Shown here piece by piece: positions 37,206 to 47,144 of a DNA stretch of 64,000 nt. Below the pieces are notes generated by a model that had not been told where the DNA came from, searched no databases, and was given only the letters and a program-made list of their open reading frames with translations. A program made the position numbers and the translations under genes. Location: positions 1,993,748 to 2,057,747 of the forward strand of contig CBDCYU010000003.1 of assembly GCA_965224345.1 (NCBI GenBank), read 5' to 3'. This DNA is from Dehalococcoidia bacterium. GTDB taxonomy: Bacteria; Chloroflexota; Dehalococcoidia; Lucifugimonadales; CBDCYU01. Within the stretch, counting starts at the first letter, position 1. The number at the start of each line of letters is the position of its first letter.

Positions 37206-39452
37206 CTAGTCGTCGGCGGCGCCCGGCTCAGGAGCGGGGGTCGGCCGCAATGAGGTGAAGAAGCTGTAGAGCTTCCCATGGGCCCCTATCCAGCTCCTGT
37301 CGCGGATGGTCGACTCACCGATCACCGGATGGTTGTTGACCCGGAGGGTGGTGGAGCCCTTATCGACGATCACCCCGACCCGACGCCAGAAGAACTTGAA
37401 CGATACCTCCTCCAACCCCGGCAATCCCAGCTCTCTACCAGAGACCAGGTTCCTGCACAGGAGCTTCAGACTCGTCCGGCGCTCAAAGCTGCCGAAGTCC
37501 GCAACCGGCTCGTCCTTGTCGTTATACAGGTAGCCGTAGGGCTTGGCTCGGGTGATCCAGTAGACGAAGGCGACGATCAGGGCGAGCAGCAACGCCGAGG
37601 ACACCGCCACAGGAACCCAAGAGGGGACCTCGAAGGAGGAGGCAGGGACCGGCTGAGGCGCTACCACCGGAGGCGATACCACTACGATCGGAGGAGTCAC
37701 CGGCGCGGGCGGTGCCGCACCGGGCTCCCGGACAGGCCTCTCCCTCACAATCCGCACCGGGCGCGGAGGCGACTCCGAGGTGACGATGACCGGCTCCGGC
37801 GCCGGTATCGTATGCACTACCACGTTGGACTTCTGCTCCACCATGGGCGTCCATATCGTCGAGGGCTCGGTGGAGAGGGTGTACTGCCGGCCGGCGTACT
37901 CCGTGTTCATCTCGAAGCTCAGCGAGTGCTGTCCGGACTCTTCGGGGGTGAAGAAGACGTCGAAGTACCACGCACGGCCATCGCTCAGCTGGTCGACCGG
38001 CACCACTTCAACCTTTCCAGGCCGCTCGGCGCTGGAGGCTATGATCGGGAGCAGCTCGTCCGACGCTAGGGCAAACGTCTGTCCGGCGACGTAGGACTCT
38101 ATCGTTGCAACCTGGGTCCTGACCCCCGTTTCGACCTGCCCGGTCTGCAGCCAGCTGACCCGGATTGTGGGGAACTCCCCGGTGGTGAGGTAAGCATGGC
38201 TGGTCAACTTGTATGAGACGTCCTGCCACGTCAGCTCCAGCTCCACCTGGTGCTCGCCCTGTTCTGTCAGGGGCGAGATCGTAGTGGAGTAGTAGCCGTC
38301 ACTCGCAACAGCGTCGCCGGCGACGCCGTCGTCGTTCAGGTCGTACGCGAACACCTTACCGCCTGGAGAGGTGATGCGCGCCACTATGGAGACGGAGTCG
38401 AGTACCGTCAGCCCCTGCTGGTCTGTCGCGTAGGCGACGATCGCCGTGGGCTCGTTGAGGGGAATGGTCCCCATGTCGCTCATGGCCACACCGAGCCCGT
38501 TTACCGCGTAGCTCCAAGCGGACACCACTCCGCTGGCGCCCCGTATGTCCACCTTCCAATTACCCGGGTCCGGGTCCATCAGGTGCCACATCACCACGTG
38601 CGGCGCCTCGATCACAGAGGAGACGGACCGGTCTCCACTCGATGTCTCCCGCCCCGTTGGGTTGTTCAGCCGGAAGGAGCCGGAGCTGTCGTCCCTGAAG
38701 AATATGAGCTTCGCTTCGCTGGTTCCCGGTGGAATGCCGATGGAGTACGATACGACGCTGTCGGAAGGGAGCAGCGTCTCGTTGACTGGATCCAGGAGCC
38801 CTTTGGCTCCCTCCTTGAAGATCAGGTCCGACAGGCTTATGAAGCCCTCGGGGACCGAAAGTGGAATCGACTCGCCTCCCGAGCCCTTGGACACCGTGTC
38901 CAGGAACCGGGTCACCTGGGGCGAGGCCCCCGGCAGGCTGAGACCGACGATGGGCCATCCGTTCTCCGCGAACAACGAGGCCGTCGGTCCGAGGCGATGA
39001 GCGGCCTCATCCAGGTCGCTTGTGGGAGTGCCGCCTGAGACTACGTAGACGGTGGAGCCGCGGGCTGCCCGGTGGCTCCCCAGCAGGTTGAAGGTTGCGG
39101 TCAGTGCGGTCACCATGTCGGGGTCGCGCCTGGCTACGATGGACGCCAGACGGTCCTCGATGGAGCTTCGAGACGCCTTGAACTCCGGATCCTCGGAGGG
39201 AAGCGGTCCAAGCGCCTCCGCCGGCTGGTCCGCGGCGATGAAGAGGAAGGGCTGCCCATCGCTCAGGGACGCTACCAGGGAGCTCACGGACCATGCCAGG
39301 TCCAGACCTCCCCGGGTCTCGGCCACGACCTGCCGATCGGTTAAGATGACCACCATCTGCTCGGAGCGTGACGAGGCCAGCGCCGATTGACTACCGACGC
39401 CGAAGAGAGTGAAGATGGCTATGAGGACTAGACCTAGTTTTATTTTGTACAT
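37206..39452 (-). CDS. Large signal-peptide protein: VWA-like (MIDAS-less) plus beta-rich ectodomain, Pro-rich linker, one TM helix, FHA-like cytoplasmic tail
   Basis: Signal MYKIKLGLVLIAIFTLFGVGSQSALA. TM helix VPVAVSSALLLALIVAFVYWI. 115-aa tail with ...STTLRVNNHPVIGESTIRDRSWIGAHGKLYSF. Domain calls are tentative. Confidence 0.5.
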   Translation of the reverse strand: MYKIKLGLVLIAIFTLFGVGSQSALASSRSEQMVVILTDRQVVAETRGGLDLAWSVSSLVASLSDGQPFLFIAADQPAEALGPLPSEDPEFKASRSSIEDRLASIVARRDPDMVTALTATFNLLGSHRAARGSTVYVVSGGTPTSDLDEAAHRLGPTASLFAENGWPIVGLSLPGASPQVTRFLDTVSKGSGGESIPLSVPEGFISLSDLIFKEGAKGLLDPVNETLLPSDSVVSYSIGIPPGTSEAKLIFFRDDSSGSFRLNNPTGRETSSGDRSVSSVIEAPHVVMWHLMDPDPGNWKVDIRGASGVVSAWSYAVNGLGVAMSDMGTIPLNEPTAIVAYATDQQGLTVLDSVSIVARITSPGGKVFAYDLNDDGVAGDAVASDGYYSTTISPLTEQGEHQVELELTWQDVSYKLTSHAYLTTGEFPTIRVSWLQTGQVETGVRTQVATIESYVAGQTFALASDELLPIIASSAERPGKVEVVPVDQLSDGRAWYFDVFFTPEESGQHSLSFEMNTEYAGRQYTLSTEPSTIWTPMVEQKSNVVVHTIPAPEPVIVTSESPPRPVRIVRERPVREPGAAPPAPVTPPIVVVSPPVVAPQPVPASSFEVPSWVPVAVSSALLLALIVAFVYWITRAKPYGYLYNDKDEPVADFGSFERRTSLKLLCRNLVSGRELGLPGLEEVSFKFFWRRVGVIVDKGSTTLRVNNHPVIGESTIRDRSWIGAHGKLYSFFTSLRPTPAPEPGAADD

Positions 39453-39608
39453 TTCTCAAACCCCACTTAGATGCATACCCAATATTGACGTGGGGTAGTT
39501 GGGCGAGTCAATGCGATTTGGGTCGTGCTTTCGACCAAATCGGAGCAGCTCGGCCCTTCAATTTCCAAACCTATTCCAGGCTAGGGCTGTACCCAAACCA
39601 AAGCCGGT

Positions 39609-40727
39609 TTAGGGCGTGGCAGCGTACCTCTTCAGCGCCCTGTCATCCAGCTCTACACCGAGGCCCGGACCGGTCGGCGGTATTATGTAGCCGTTCTCCC
39701 ACCTGACCGGCTCCTTCAGCAGCTCTGCGTGCAGACCGCCCCAAGTCTGGATGCCCTCCTGAATAAGGAAGTTGGGGCTGCAGACGTCCACCTGTATATT
39801 GGCAGCGCCGCCGATGGGGCCGCCGTACATGTGAGGCGCGATCTGCGCGTAGTGCCCCTCCGCCATTGCGGCGATCTTCTTGGCCTCCAGTATTCCCCCG
39901 GTGATCGTCAGGTCCATCTGCAGGATGGTCGCTGCCTGCCTCTCCAGCAGCTCCACGAATTCGAACTTGGTCAGCAGGCGCTCGCCGGTGGCGATGGGAA
40001 TGGTCGTGGACTGCGCCACCCGCGCCATCTCCTTGATGTTCTCGGGAGCGACCGGCTCCTCGAACCAGAGCGGGTCGTACTCCTCGACCCGCCTGGCGAA
40101 CCGGATGGCGCTGTTGGTGTTGAACTGTCCATGAGTGCCGATGAGGATGTCGCACCTGTCCCCCACGGCCTCGCGGATGGCCCGTATGACCTCTTCCGCA
40201 TACCTGAGAGTCTCCAGTCGGTCGGGTGTCCTGGGATCGACGGGGTCCAGCTTCACGGCGGTGTAGCCCTGATCGACGTATTTCAGGGCCAGCTCGCCAA
40301 CCCGCTTTGGCTCGTCGCCGAGCCTGAACTCCGACAGGTACGAGTAGGCCCTCAGCTTCTCGTGGAACACTCCGCCCAGCAGATTGTAGATGGGTTGACC
40401 GAGCGCCTTGCCCACAATATCCCAGCACGCCATCTCTATGGCGCTCATCACCGGCGTGGTGATGGGGCCCGAGTGCCGGGCGCCCTGGCCTTCGTAGATC
40501 TCCCACCAGAGCTTCTCGATGCGAAAGGGGTCCGAGCCGATGACGAAGCGCTCCCCCAGGTCCTTGATGAGCTCCACGGCCACGTGGGTCAATCGATTGT
40601 GGTAGGTGCACTCGCCGGCCCCCTCAATCCCCTCGTCGGTCACCAGCTTCAGAAATATCCACCTAGGGCCTCCCCTGCTGGGAGGCGGATTCTCAACGAC
40701 GTAGGTCTTGACGTCGACGATCTTCAT
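39609..40727 (-). CDS. Enolase-superfamily dehydratase, D-galactonate dehydratase-like
   Basis: MKIVDVKTYVVENPPP...RWIFLKLVTDEGIEGAGEC and metal ligand blocks (KLDP..., EEP..., ATGE). Confidence 0.85.
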   Translation of the reverse strand: MKIVDVKTYVVENPPPSRGGPRWIFLKLVTDEGIEGAGECTYHNRLTHVAVELIKDLGERFVIGSDPFRIEKLWWEIYEGQGARHSGPITTPVMSAIEMACWDIVGKALGQPIYNLLGGVFHEKLRAYSYLSEFRLGDEPKRVGELALKYVDQGYTAVKLDPVDPRTPDRLETLRYAEEVIRAIREAVGDRCDILIGTHGQFNTNSAIRFARRVEEYDPLWFEEPVAPENIKEMARVAQSTTIPIATGERLLTKFEFVELLERQAATILQMDLTITGGILEAKKIAAMAEGHYAQIAPHMYGGPIGGAANIQVDVCSPNFLIQEGIQTWGGLHAELLKEPVRWENGYIIPPTGPGLGVELDDRALKRYAATP

Positions 40728-40741
40728 CTCTCACTCCTAAC

Positions 40742-40763
40742 CCTCTCCCAAGTCTGGGTGAGG
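40742..40763 (-). terminator. Hairpin between the sulfatase stop and the enolase SD
   Basis: CCTCTCCCA agtc TGGGTGAGG (8 of 9 pairs). The AGGAG SD of the downstream gene follows on the minus strand. Confidence 0.3.
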
Positions 40764-40766
40764 ACA

Positions 40767-42377
40767 CTACTCGTGTGTGCGAGGGCTTATCGGCCAGGAG
40801 AGGACGCCGCATCGACGCGACCACTCGTCGTGCAGCTTGGACATCTCCTGGACCCTGGCGCGGTTGCCGTGGCTGAGGTCCTTCAGCTCGGTCCTGTCCT
40901 CCTCCATGTCGTAGAGCTCCCAGTCCTGCCCGTGCTGAGCGACCAGCTTCCACTGCCCCGACCGGACAGCCCGATTGCCCTCGTGCTCCCAGAACATCGT
41001 CTGCTCCCGCGACCATGGCTTCCCGTCGATAGTCGGCAGGAAGCTCTCTCCCTCCAGGGGGGTTATCTGGCGGCCGTCGAGCTCCTGGGGATAGGCTGCG
41101 CCCGCGGCGTCTATGCACGTCGCGAAGATGTCGATCACCTGGACGGGCTCCGCCACTGTCCCGCCGCGGTCGATCCGCTCCGGCCAGGAGACGATGAAGG
41201 GCGTCGATATGCCGCCCTCGTGGACCCAGTGCTTGAAGAGCCTGAAGGGCGAGTTGCTGGCGTTGGCCCATTGGATATCGTAGCTCATGAAGGTGTCGTC
41301 GGGGCCGGGCCGCAACGCCGGAATGTTGCCGACGGTCATCGGCCGTCCGTCCCGCGTCGGTCTGTCGTACCGGTGGAGGTGAGGCTGGCTCGAGTCCTCC
41401 TTCAGAAGCTCGGCGCACCCGCCGTTGTCCGACAGGAACATCACGATGGTGTTGTCCTCCGCGCCCATCTCCCGTACCTTGGCCATGACTCGTCCGATCC
41501 CCTGGTCCATCCGGTCTATCTGCGCCGCGTACACTGCCATGCGCAGGGCCTCCCACTCTCGGTTGGGCGCCTCCTCCCACGGCGAGACATCGGAATGCCG
41601 CGGCGAGATCGGCCACCTGGAGTCCAGGATGCCCAGCCCCTTGAGCTCCTCGTGGCGGCCCGTCCGAAGATCGTCCCAGCCGTTGGCGTAGCTGCCCTCG
41701 TACCTGGCGATGTCCTCCTCCAGGGCGTGCAGCGGCCAGTGGGGCGCAGTATAGCTCAGGTACAGGAAGAAAGGCTTCCCTGTTGTCGTGTCCCCCTCCA
41801 GCATCGAGACGGCGTTGTCGCTGAGGGCGTCCGTCAGGTAGAAGTCGTCGGACTCGGGCCGGACGAACCGTTCGTCTCGCATCAGGCTGACCGGATTGAA
41901 GTAGCTGCCGCCCCCGTCGACGGTGCCGAAGTAGCGCTCGAACCCACGCTGGGTAGGCAGCGGGTGCGAGTCGTCCCCGGGCGTTCCCGGCCCCTCGACG
42001 ACGGAGCGGTTGCCCAGGCTGTACTCTCCCCCCGCGTGCCACTTGCCCGACATCAGCGTGGTGTAGCCGGAGGCGCGGAGCACCTCCGCGATGGTGACGC
42101 AGCTCTCGTTGAGGAACCCTCGGTACGAAGGGTATCCCAGGTCTCTGACCATGTGGCCGACCCCGGCCTGGTGCGGGTTGAGGCCGGTCAGCAGCGCCGC
42201 CCGCGACGGGCAGCAACGCGCCATGTTGTACATCTGGGAGAAGCGCAGCCCCCTTCCGGCGAGCCGGTCCAGATTGGGGGTGCGTATCTCCGAGCCGTAG
42301 CAGCCGATGTCCGAGAAACCCATGTCATCGGCCAGTATCAGAATGATGTTGGGACGTTCATACGACCCTTGTCTCAT
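40767..42377 (-). CDS. Arylsulfatase (Cys-type formylglycine sulfatase)
   Basis: PNIILILADDMGFSDIGCYG, CCPSRAALLTG FGly motif, and SDNGG. 536 aa, no signal peptide. Confidence 0.9.
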   Translation of the reverse strand: MRQGSYERPNIILILADDMGFSDIGCYGSEIRTPNLDRLAGRGLRFSQMYNMARCCPSRAALLTGLNPHQAGVGHMVRDLGYPSYRGFLNESCVTIAEVLRASGYTTLMSGKWHAGGEYSLGNRSVVEGPGTPGDDSHPLPTQRGFERYFGTVDGGGSYFNPVSLMRDERFVRPESDDFYLTDALSDNAVSMLEGDTTTGKPFFLYLSYTAPHWPLHALEEDIARYEGSYANGWDDLRTGRHEELKGLGILDSRWPISPRHSDVSPWEEAPNREWEALRMAVYAAQIDRMDQGIGRVMAKVREMGAEDNTIVMFLSDNGGCAELLKEDSSQPHLHRYDRPTRDGRPMTVGNIPALRPGPDDTFMSYDIQWANASNSPFRLFKHWVHEGGISTPFIVSWPERIDRGGTVAEPVQVIDIFATCIDAAGAAYPQELDGRQITPLEGESFLPTIDGKPWSREQTMFWEHEGNRAVRSGQWKLVAQHGQDWELYDMEEDRTELKDLSHGNRARVQEMSKLHDEWSRRCGVLSWPISPRTHE

Positions 42378-42462
42378 GGCTGCCTCCCACTCTGTTCTAC
42401 TATAAAGGCAAGCTCACGGCGGCTTGCCCCAGGACTCTCACAACGGCGTCGGTTCAGTCTCA

Positions 42463-43309
42463 GAGGGTGTTTTCAAAGTACATCATGACGGAGCTAAGCG
42501 TCGGAGCATGAGATGAATCGCAGCTATGTGCAGCCACGCTTCCGTTGTATCGGTCAAGGCTTCATAGTCCTTGCTCAACCGGCGACAACGTCCCAGCCAC
42601 GCCAGTGTTCGCTCAACCACCCACCTGCGTGGCAGCACCTCAAACTGATGGCTGGCCCTGGGACGCTTGACGATCTCCAAGACCCAGCCCGACATGGACA
42701 TCACCCAGTCCACCAACTGGCCGCTGTAGCCAGCGTCAGCCCAGATGAGTCGCAGGCGTGGGAATCGTCCTATCAATTTATCGATGACCAGCCTCGCCCC
42801 ATCTCGGTCTTGGATATTGGCAGGATGCACCACCACCGCCAACAGCAAGCCCATGGTATCTACGATGACGTGTCGCTTTCGACCGTTGATCTTCTTACCA
42901 GCATCATAGCCACGAGGCCCCCTTTTTCAGTCGTCTTCACGCTCTGGCTATCTATGATCGCTGCGCTGGGAGTAGGATTTCTACCTTCGGCCTCTCGGAC
43001 GCAGGGGCGTAGCGTCTCATTGACTCGTTCCCACGTTCCATCTATGGTCCAACTGCGGAAGTATTTGTACAGGGTCTGCCAGGGAGGCAGATCGTGCGGG
43101 ACCATCCGCCAGGGGCATCCGCTCCGAAGCAAATACAGGATGCCGTTCACTACCTCCCGCAGGTCCACTGTACGGGGCCGGCCTCCGGGCTTGGCTGGTG
43201 GGAGTAGGGGGCCGAGGATCTCCCACTGTTCGTCCGTCAGGTCGCTGGGGTACGATTTGCGGCTCATTCATCAAGTTTAGTACAAGTTCAAGACTTTGCA
43301 AACACCCTC
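42463..43309 (-). mobile_element. 847-bp IS5-family element (IS427/IS1031-like), copy 2, inverted relative to copy 1
   Basis: Same IRs and ORFs as 17595-18441. Flanked by TCA (42460-42462) and TTA (43310-43312). At least 3 single-base differences from copy 1 in the parts compared by eye. Confidence 0.88.
42483..43267 (-). CDS. IS5-family transposase OrfA/OrfAB (programmed -1 frameshift), copy 2
   Basis: OrfA 43267..42860 is identical in protein to copy 1. OrfB 42854..42483 differs by one residue (LTDTTEAW versus LTGTTEAW). Confidence 0.85.
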
Positions 43310-44172
43310 TTAGGGGCGAAAGACCCCAAGCGGTAGAAGTCGATGGCGTTGTCGCAGAAGAGCTTACGGAGCTCGGCGTCCGACGCTCCCCCCACAGCCC
43401 ACCGCAACGCCTCCACCCATTCGGCGTGCTCCGCCGCCCGTAAGACCACGGGCCAGTCGCTGCCGAAGACGACCCTGTCGGGGCCGAAGCTCTCGATCAC
43501 GTGGTCGACGTATGGCCTCAGGTCCTGCCGACGCCAGTGCTCCGTATCGGCCTCCGTGACCAAGCCGGATATCTTGCAGTGAACGTTCCCCATATCCGCC
43601 AGCTCGCGAATCTCCGACCTCCACGGCTCCAGCATCCGACCGGCGATGTCCGGCTTGCCGATATGGTCCAGGATGAACCTCACACCGGGGCACCGGCGCA
43701 CCATCTCGATGGCGTCTGCCAGCTGCGAGTGGTTGATGCAGATGTCGAAGCTGAAGCCGTACCGCTCCAGAAGCCGGACTCCCTCGATGAAGCCTGGCTG
43801 TACGCAGAAGCCGATGGGATGCGGCTGGATCAGGCGCCTGACCCCCTTCACCCGGGGTATCTCCACCAGCCGCTCCAGAACCTCCGCCGAGGCGGCGCCG
43901 TCCTCCAAGGGCGCCGACGCGACTATGCCCTCCAACCTCGGCTCATCGGCTATCAGCGACGCAACCCACATGGCCTCATCGACCTCGTTGCCATGGGCCA
44001 CGTCGGCTTCCAGGAACACGATCTTGTCGACGGGAACATCCCCAATGGCGACCCTATAGCTCTCCGGCGTGTAGGGCCTGTTCAACAGTGGGATCTCGTC
44101 GAGCCACGGATACCGCAGGTTGCCGGTGTCCCACAGGTGAACGTGAGTATCGACGATGCCGAAGTCAAGCAT
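43288..44172 (-). CDS. Amidohydrolase_2-family hydrolase, L-fuconolactonase-like (3' end replaced by IS sequence)
   Basis: IVDTHVHLWD...YPWL, HIGKPD, SDWPV motifs. The last 7 codons (KRVFAKS) are read from the IS terminal repeat. Confidence 0.8.
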   Translation of the reverse strand: MLDFGIVDTHVHLWDTGNLRYPWLDEIPLLNRPYTPESYRVAIGDVPVDKIVFLEADVAHGNEVDEAMWVASLIADEPRLEGIVASAPLEDGAASAEVLERLVEIPRVKGVRRLIQPHPIGFCVQPGFIEGVRLLERYGFSFDICINHSQLADAIEMVRRCPGVRFILDHIGKPDIAGRMLEPWRSEIRELADMGNVHCKISGLVTEADTEHWRRQDLRPYVDHVIESFGPDRVVFGSDWPVVLRAAEHAEWVEALRWAVGGASDAELRKLFCDNAIDFYRLGSFAPKRVFAKS

Positions 44173-44225
44173 ATCCAGCCTCCCTCAGCCCACTTCCCGC
44201 GAGTCATCCCGCGCCTCGCTGCCGG

Positions 44226-45434
44226 TCACGGCTTCACGACGACCTTGGAGGTCATGAAGGGGTGCAGGGCGCAGGAGTAGCGGACCTCCCCGGGGCTGTC
44301 GAATCTAAAGGCAAAGGCGCCGCCGGGCGCGATGACTCCCGAGTCGAACCCCTCCGAGTCCGACGTTACCGTATGCGGTACGCCATCCACGTTGACCCAC
44401 GTCAGGGTCTCGCCGACCTGGATCTCCCTGACCCCGAAGCCGAAGTTCTCGATAGCCACGGCGCCGGCGCCGTCAGCGCGGGTGAGCCGGTGCATCTCCT
44501 CTGAATCGGCTGCCGGAGGCACACGGCTGTTCCACATACTGAACACCCCCAGCGGGTTCTCCACCCACACCCACGCGTGGATCATCCAGCCATAGGCGGG
44601 GACCCAGATCCCGCCCGACGCCTCGCACCCCTCCGCGGTAGCGGAGCGAGAGGCTGACAGGGGGCCGGTGCACAGGCTGTAGTGTACATGCCAGTTGTCC
44701 AGCGGACCGGCGAAGGCGTCGGGATGCTCCGGGCTGACCAGTGGGATCGGCAGGACGAACGCCGTGCCCATCAGCTCCATCTCCCCGGACTCGCCTGTGG
44801 CGTACAGCAGTATCTCGGGCTCCGAGGGATTGAACTCCACGTCGAGGCTTCGCCCCGCGTGAACGTAATGGGTCCCCATGTTGGGCACCTCGTCGGTGGT
44901 CTTGACGAAGCCGTCGGCAAGGGCCGCGTCGATGTCCCGATACCTCTCGGTGGACTCTCGCACCTCGTCAAGCTGCCGTACCAGGGTTGCCAGCTCTTCC
45001 CGTGACATCCGGACCTCTTCCAATGGGCCCCCGCTCTCGTGCAGCTCCTTGAGCTGGGCGTAGGATATGGGAACGCGCACCTGCTCCTCGCGCGGCCCCT
45101 CTACCAGGGTCGTGACCACTCGGCCGCCCACCTCCTCCAGCACGTAGTGGGAGAAGCCGTGAGAGCCTCCGGCTCGCACCAGGGGACCCTCGGGAGGAGC
45201 GGCGTCGGACCCCGGGAACGCATCGGACCAATCGAGCCAGCTTGGTATCGTCAGACGCGCCGGCTGGTTGGCCGCGGCAGGATCGGCCCGGGGCGTCGCA
45301 GTGGGGACCGATGTCGGCGTGGCCGGCGCCGGAGTGGCTGCCGGTTCGCCGGAGCAGACCGCCAACAGAAACGCCGCCGCCAACGCCGCGGCGGCGAGCA
45401 AAGCCCCTGTGAGGCATCCCATCGGCGACTTCAA
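44226..45434 (-). CDS. Secreted/lipoprotein with C-terminal type-1 copper (cupredoxin) domain
   Basis: Signal with Cys (FLLAVCSG). C-terminus: VNVDGVPHTVTSD...YSCALHPFMTSKVVV gives His, Cys-x2-His-x2-Met ligands. Middle ~250 aa unassigned. Confidence 0.7.
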   Translation of the reverse strand: MKSPMGCLTGALLAAAALAAAFLLAVCSGEPAATPAPATPTSVPTATPRADPAAANQPARLTIPSWLDWSDAFPGSDAAPPEGPLVRAGGSHGFSHYVLEEVGGRVVTTLVEGPREEQVRVPISYAQLKELHESGGPLEEVRMSREELATLVRQLDEVRESTERYRDIDAALADGFVKTTDEVPNMGTHYVHAGRSLDVEFNPSEPEILLYATGESGEMELMGTAFVLPIPLVSPEHPDAFAGPLDNWHVHYSLCTGPLSASRSATAEGCEASGGIWVPAYGWMIHAWVWVENPLGVFSMWNSRVPPAADSEEMHRLTRADGAGAVAIENFGFGVREIQVGETLTWVNVDGVPHTVTSDSEGFDSGVIAPGGAFAFRFDSPGEVRYSCALHPFMTSKVVVKP

Positions 45435-45563
45435 GTCCAGCGTCCCATCTGTCCCATATCGGGAGACCGCCTGCCATCGCCCAGCCCGGACATGGCAACG
45501 ATAGCACCCTGACAGACTCAGATCCCATCGTGTCGACTAGCATACCACGACCCGGGTAACAGC

Positions 45564-45592
45564 TTGGCAGTTTACGCGAAGGCGTGTACGAT
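45564..45592 (+). promoter_or_regulatory. Candidate promoter of the DUF1800 cluster
   Basis: TTGGCA, 17-nt spacer, TACGAT, 58 nt upstream of ATG 45650 (AGGGAGGG SD). Confidence 0.35.
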
Positions 45593-45649
45593 AGCGTCTA
45601 TCTAATCGGTGGACATAACAGTCTCGAAAGATAGTCAGGGAGGGCCGCC

Positions 45650-47113
45650 ATGGCCACGAAGACTCAGACCACAAAAGACACCTCTCGCGGGCAGATGGCC
45701 CATCTCCTCAGGAGGGCGGGCTTCGGAGCAACCCCCGACGAGCTGGACCGGGCGATGGAGGCCGGCTACGAGGTCACCGTGAAGGATCTGCTGGACCCCG
45801 GACCTCCCGACGTCCTGCCGGAAGACCTGATCCGCCGGTACCACATAGACCAGTCGGAGCTGCGCGGCTCCGGCGCGGCGGGCTCGTACTGGGTCTACCG
45901 CATGGTCATGACCGGCTCCCCCTTGCGGGAGAAGATATGTCTCTTCTGGCACCGGGTCTTTGCCACGGCGGCGACGAAGCTGATCCAGTCCAGGCCCCTT
46001 ATGAACCAGATAGAGATGTTCCGCCAGTACGGGATGGGCAGCCTGCGGGACCTCCTGGTCCAGCTCTCCCGCGATCCCGCCATGATCATGTGGCTGGACA
46101 ACCAAGACAATCACAAGGGCTCCATCAACGAGAACTACGGCAGGGAGATCCTGGAGCTCTTCTCCATGGGCGTCGGCAGCTACACCGAGGACGACATCAA
46201 GGAGTGCGCCAGGGCCTTTACCGGATGGCGCGTCGTCAACCCCGACTACATGTCCATCAAGATGCGCAACAACACCGCCCGGCCCTTCGGCTACATGTCG
46301 TGGCAGTTCGAGTACGACGATGACGACCACGACCACGGCCAGAAGACCTTCCTGGGCGAGACCGGGGACTTCAACGGCGAGGACGCCGTCGACATCATCT
46401 GCAAGCAAGAGGCCACGGCCAGGTTCATATCCAGGCACCTCTACCACTATTTCGTAGCCGACGAGGAGCCCGTTCCCCAGTGGCCCCACACCCTGCCCCG
46501 GGACCCGGAGGCCATCGACGTCATGACCGCGGCTTACTTCGACTCCGGCTACAGCATCGAGGCGATGCTGAGGGCTATGTTCAACTCCGACTTCTTCAAG
46601 TCTGAGGCCTCGCACTTCGCCAGGACCAAGAGCCCCGCGGAGATGGTGGTCGGCGCGATGCGGCTCGCCGGCGGCCTGGAGATACCCAGCAGCGAGACCT
46701 ACGCGGCGGCGGGCGCCTGCGGCGGCATGGGCCAGGGACTCCTGGCCCCTCCCAGCGTCGAGGGGTGGCAGGGCGGCAGCGAGTGGATCAACACCGGGGC
46801 CTACGTGCAGCGCCTCAACTTCGTCGGCAAGACGCTCAGCGATCCCAACAAGCCGGGCGTGAGGGTTGTCATCGACCGCGTCGCCCGGTCGGCGCGCGGC
46901 TCTACGCTCTCGCCGGAAGAGCTGGTCGACTCGTGCCTGGAGGTGCTGGGGCCGATGAGGGTGCTGGACTCGACCCGCAGCAGCCTCATCGACTACGCGG
47001 CGAGGTACGGCCCCCTGCGCTTCGCCGATCAGCGGGAGGCGTCCAGGGCCGACGAGGCCATCGTTGCCGTCATCCAGCTGATCGTCTCCACGCAGGAGTA
47101 CCAGCTGGTGTAG
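45650..47113 (+). CDS. DUF1800 family protein
   Basis: AHLLRRAGFGATPDEL, LFWHRVFAT, NENYGREILELFSMGVGSYTEDDIKECARAFTGW. Confidence 0.85.
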   Translation: MATKTQTTKDTSRGQMAHLLRRAGFGATPDELDRAMEAGYEVTVKDLLDPGPPDVLPEDLIRRYHIDQSELRGSGAAGSYWVYRMVMTGSPLREKICLFWHRVFATAATKLIQSRPLMNQIEMFRQYGMGSLRDLLVQLSRDPAMIMWLDNQDNHKGSINENYGREILELFSMGVGSYTEDDIKECARAFTGWRVVNPDYMSIKMRNNTARPFGYMSWQFEYDDDDHDHGQKTFLGETGDFNGEDAVDIICKQEATARFISRHLYHYFVADEEPVPQWPHTLPRDPEAIDVMTAAYFDSGYSIEAMLRAMFNSDFFKSEASHFARTKSPAEMVVGAMRLAGGLEIPSSETYAAAGACGGMGQGLLAPPSVEGWQGGSEWINTGAYVQRLNFVGKTLSDPNKPGVRVVIDRVARSARGSTLSPEELVDSCLEVLGPMRVLDSTRSSLIDYAARYGPLRFADQREASRADEAIVAVIQLIVSTQEYQLV

Positions 47114-47144
47114 GGGCAGCCGCACCCACCGGGAGATTGACGAT

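Noticed and set aside
39729-42488. 919-aa plus-strand ORF. Similar very long ORFs include 45635..47308 (-), 54129..55679 (-), 23960..25054 (-), 60220..61791 (-) and 3245..4462 (+).
   Set aside because: All lie antisense or out of frame to genes with clear family matches. All have Arg/Gly/Pro/Ala-rich, low-complexity translations typical of stop-codon-poor alternative frames in high-GC DNA.
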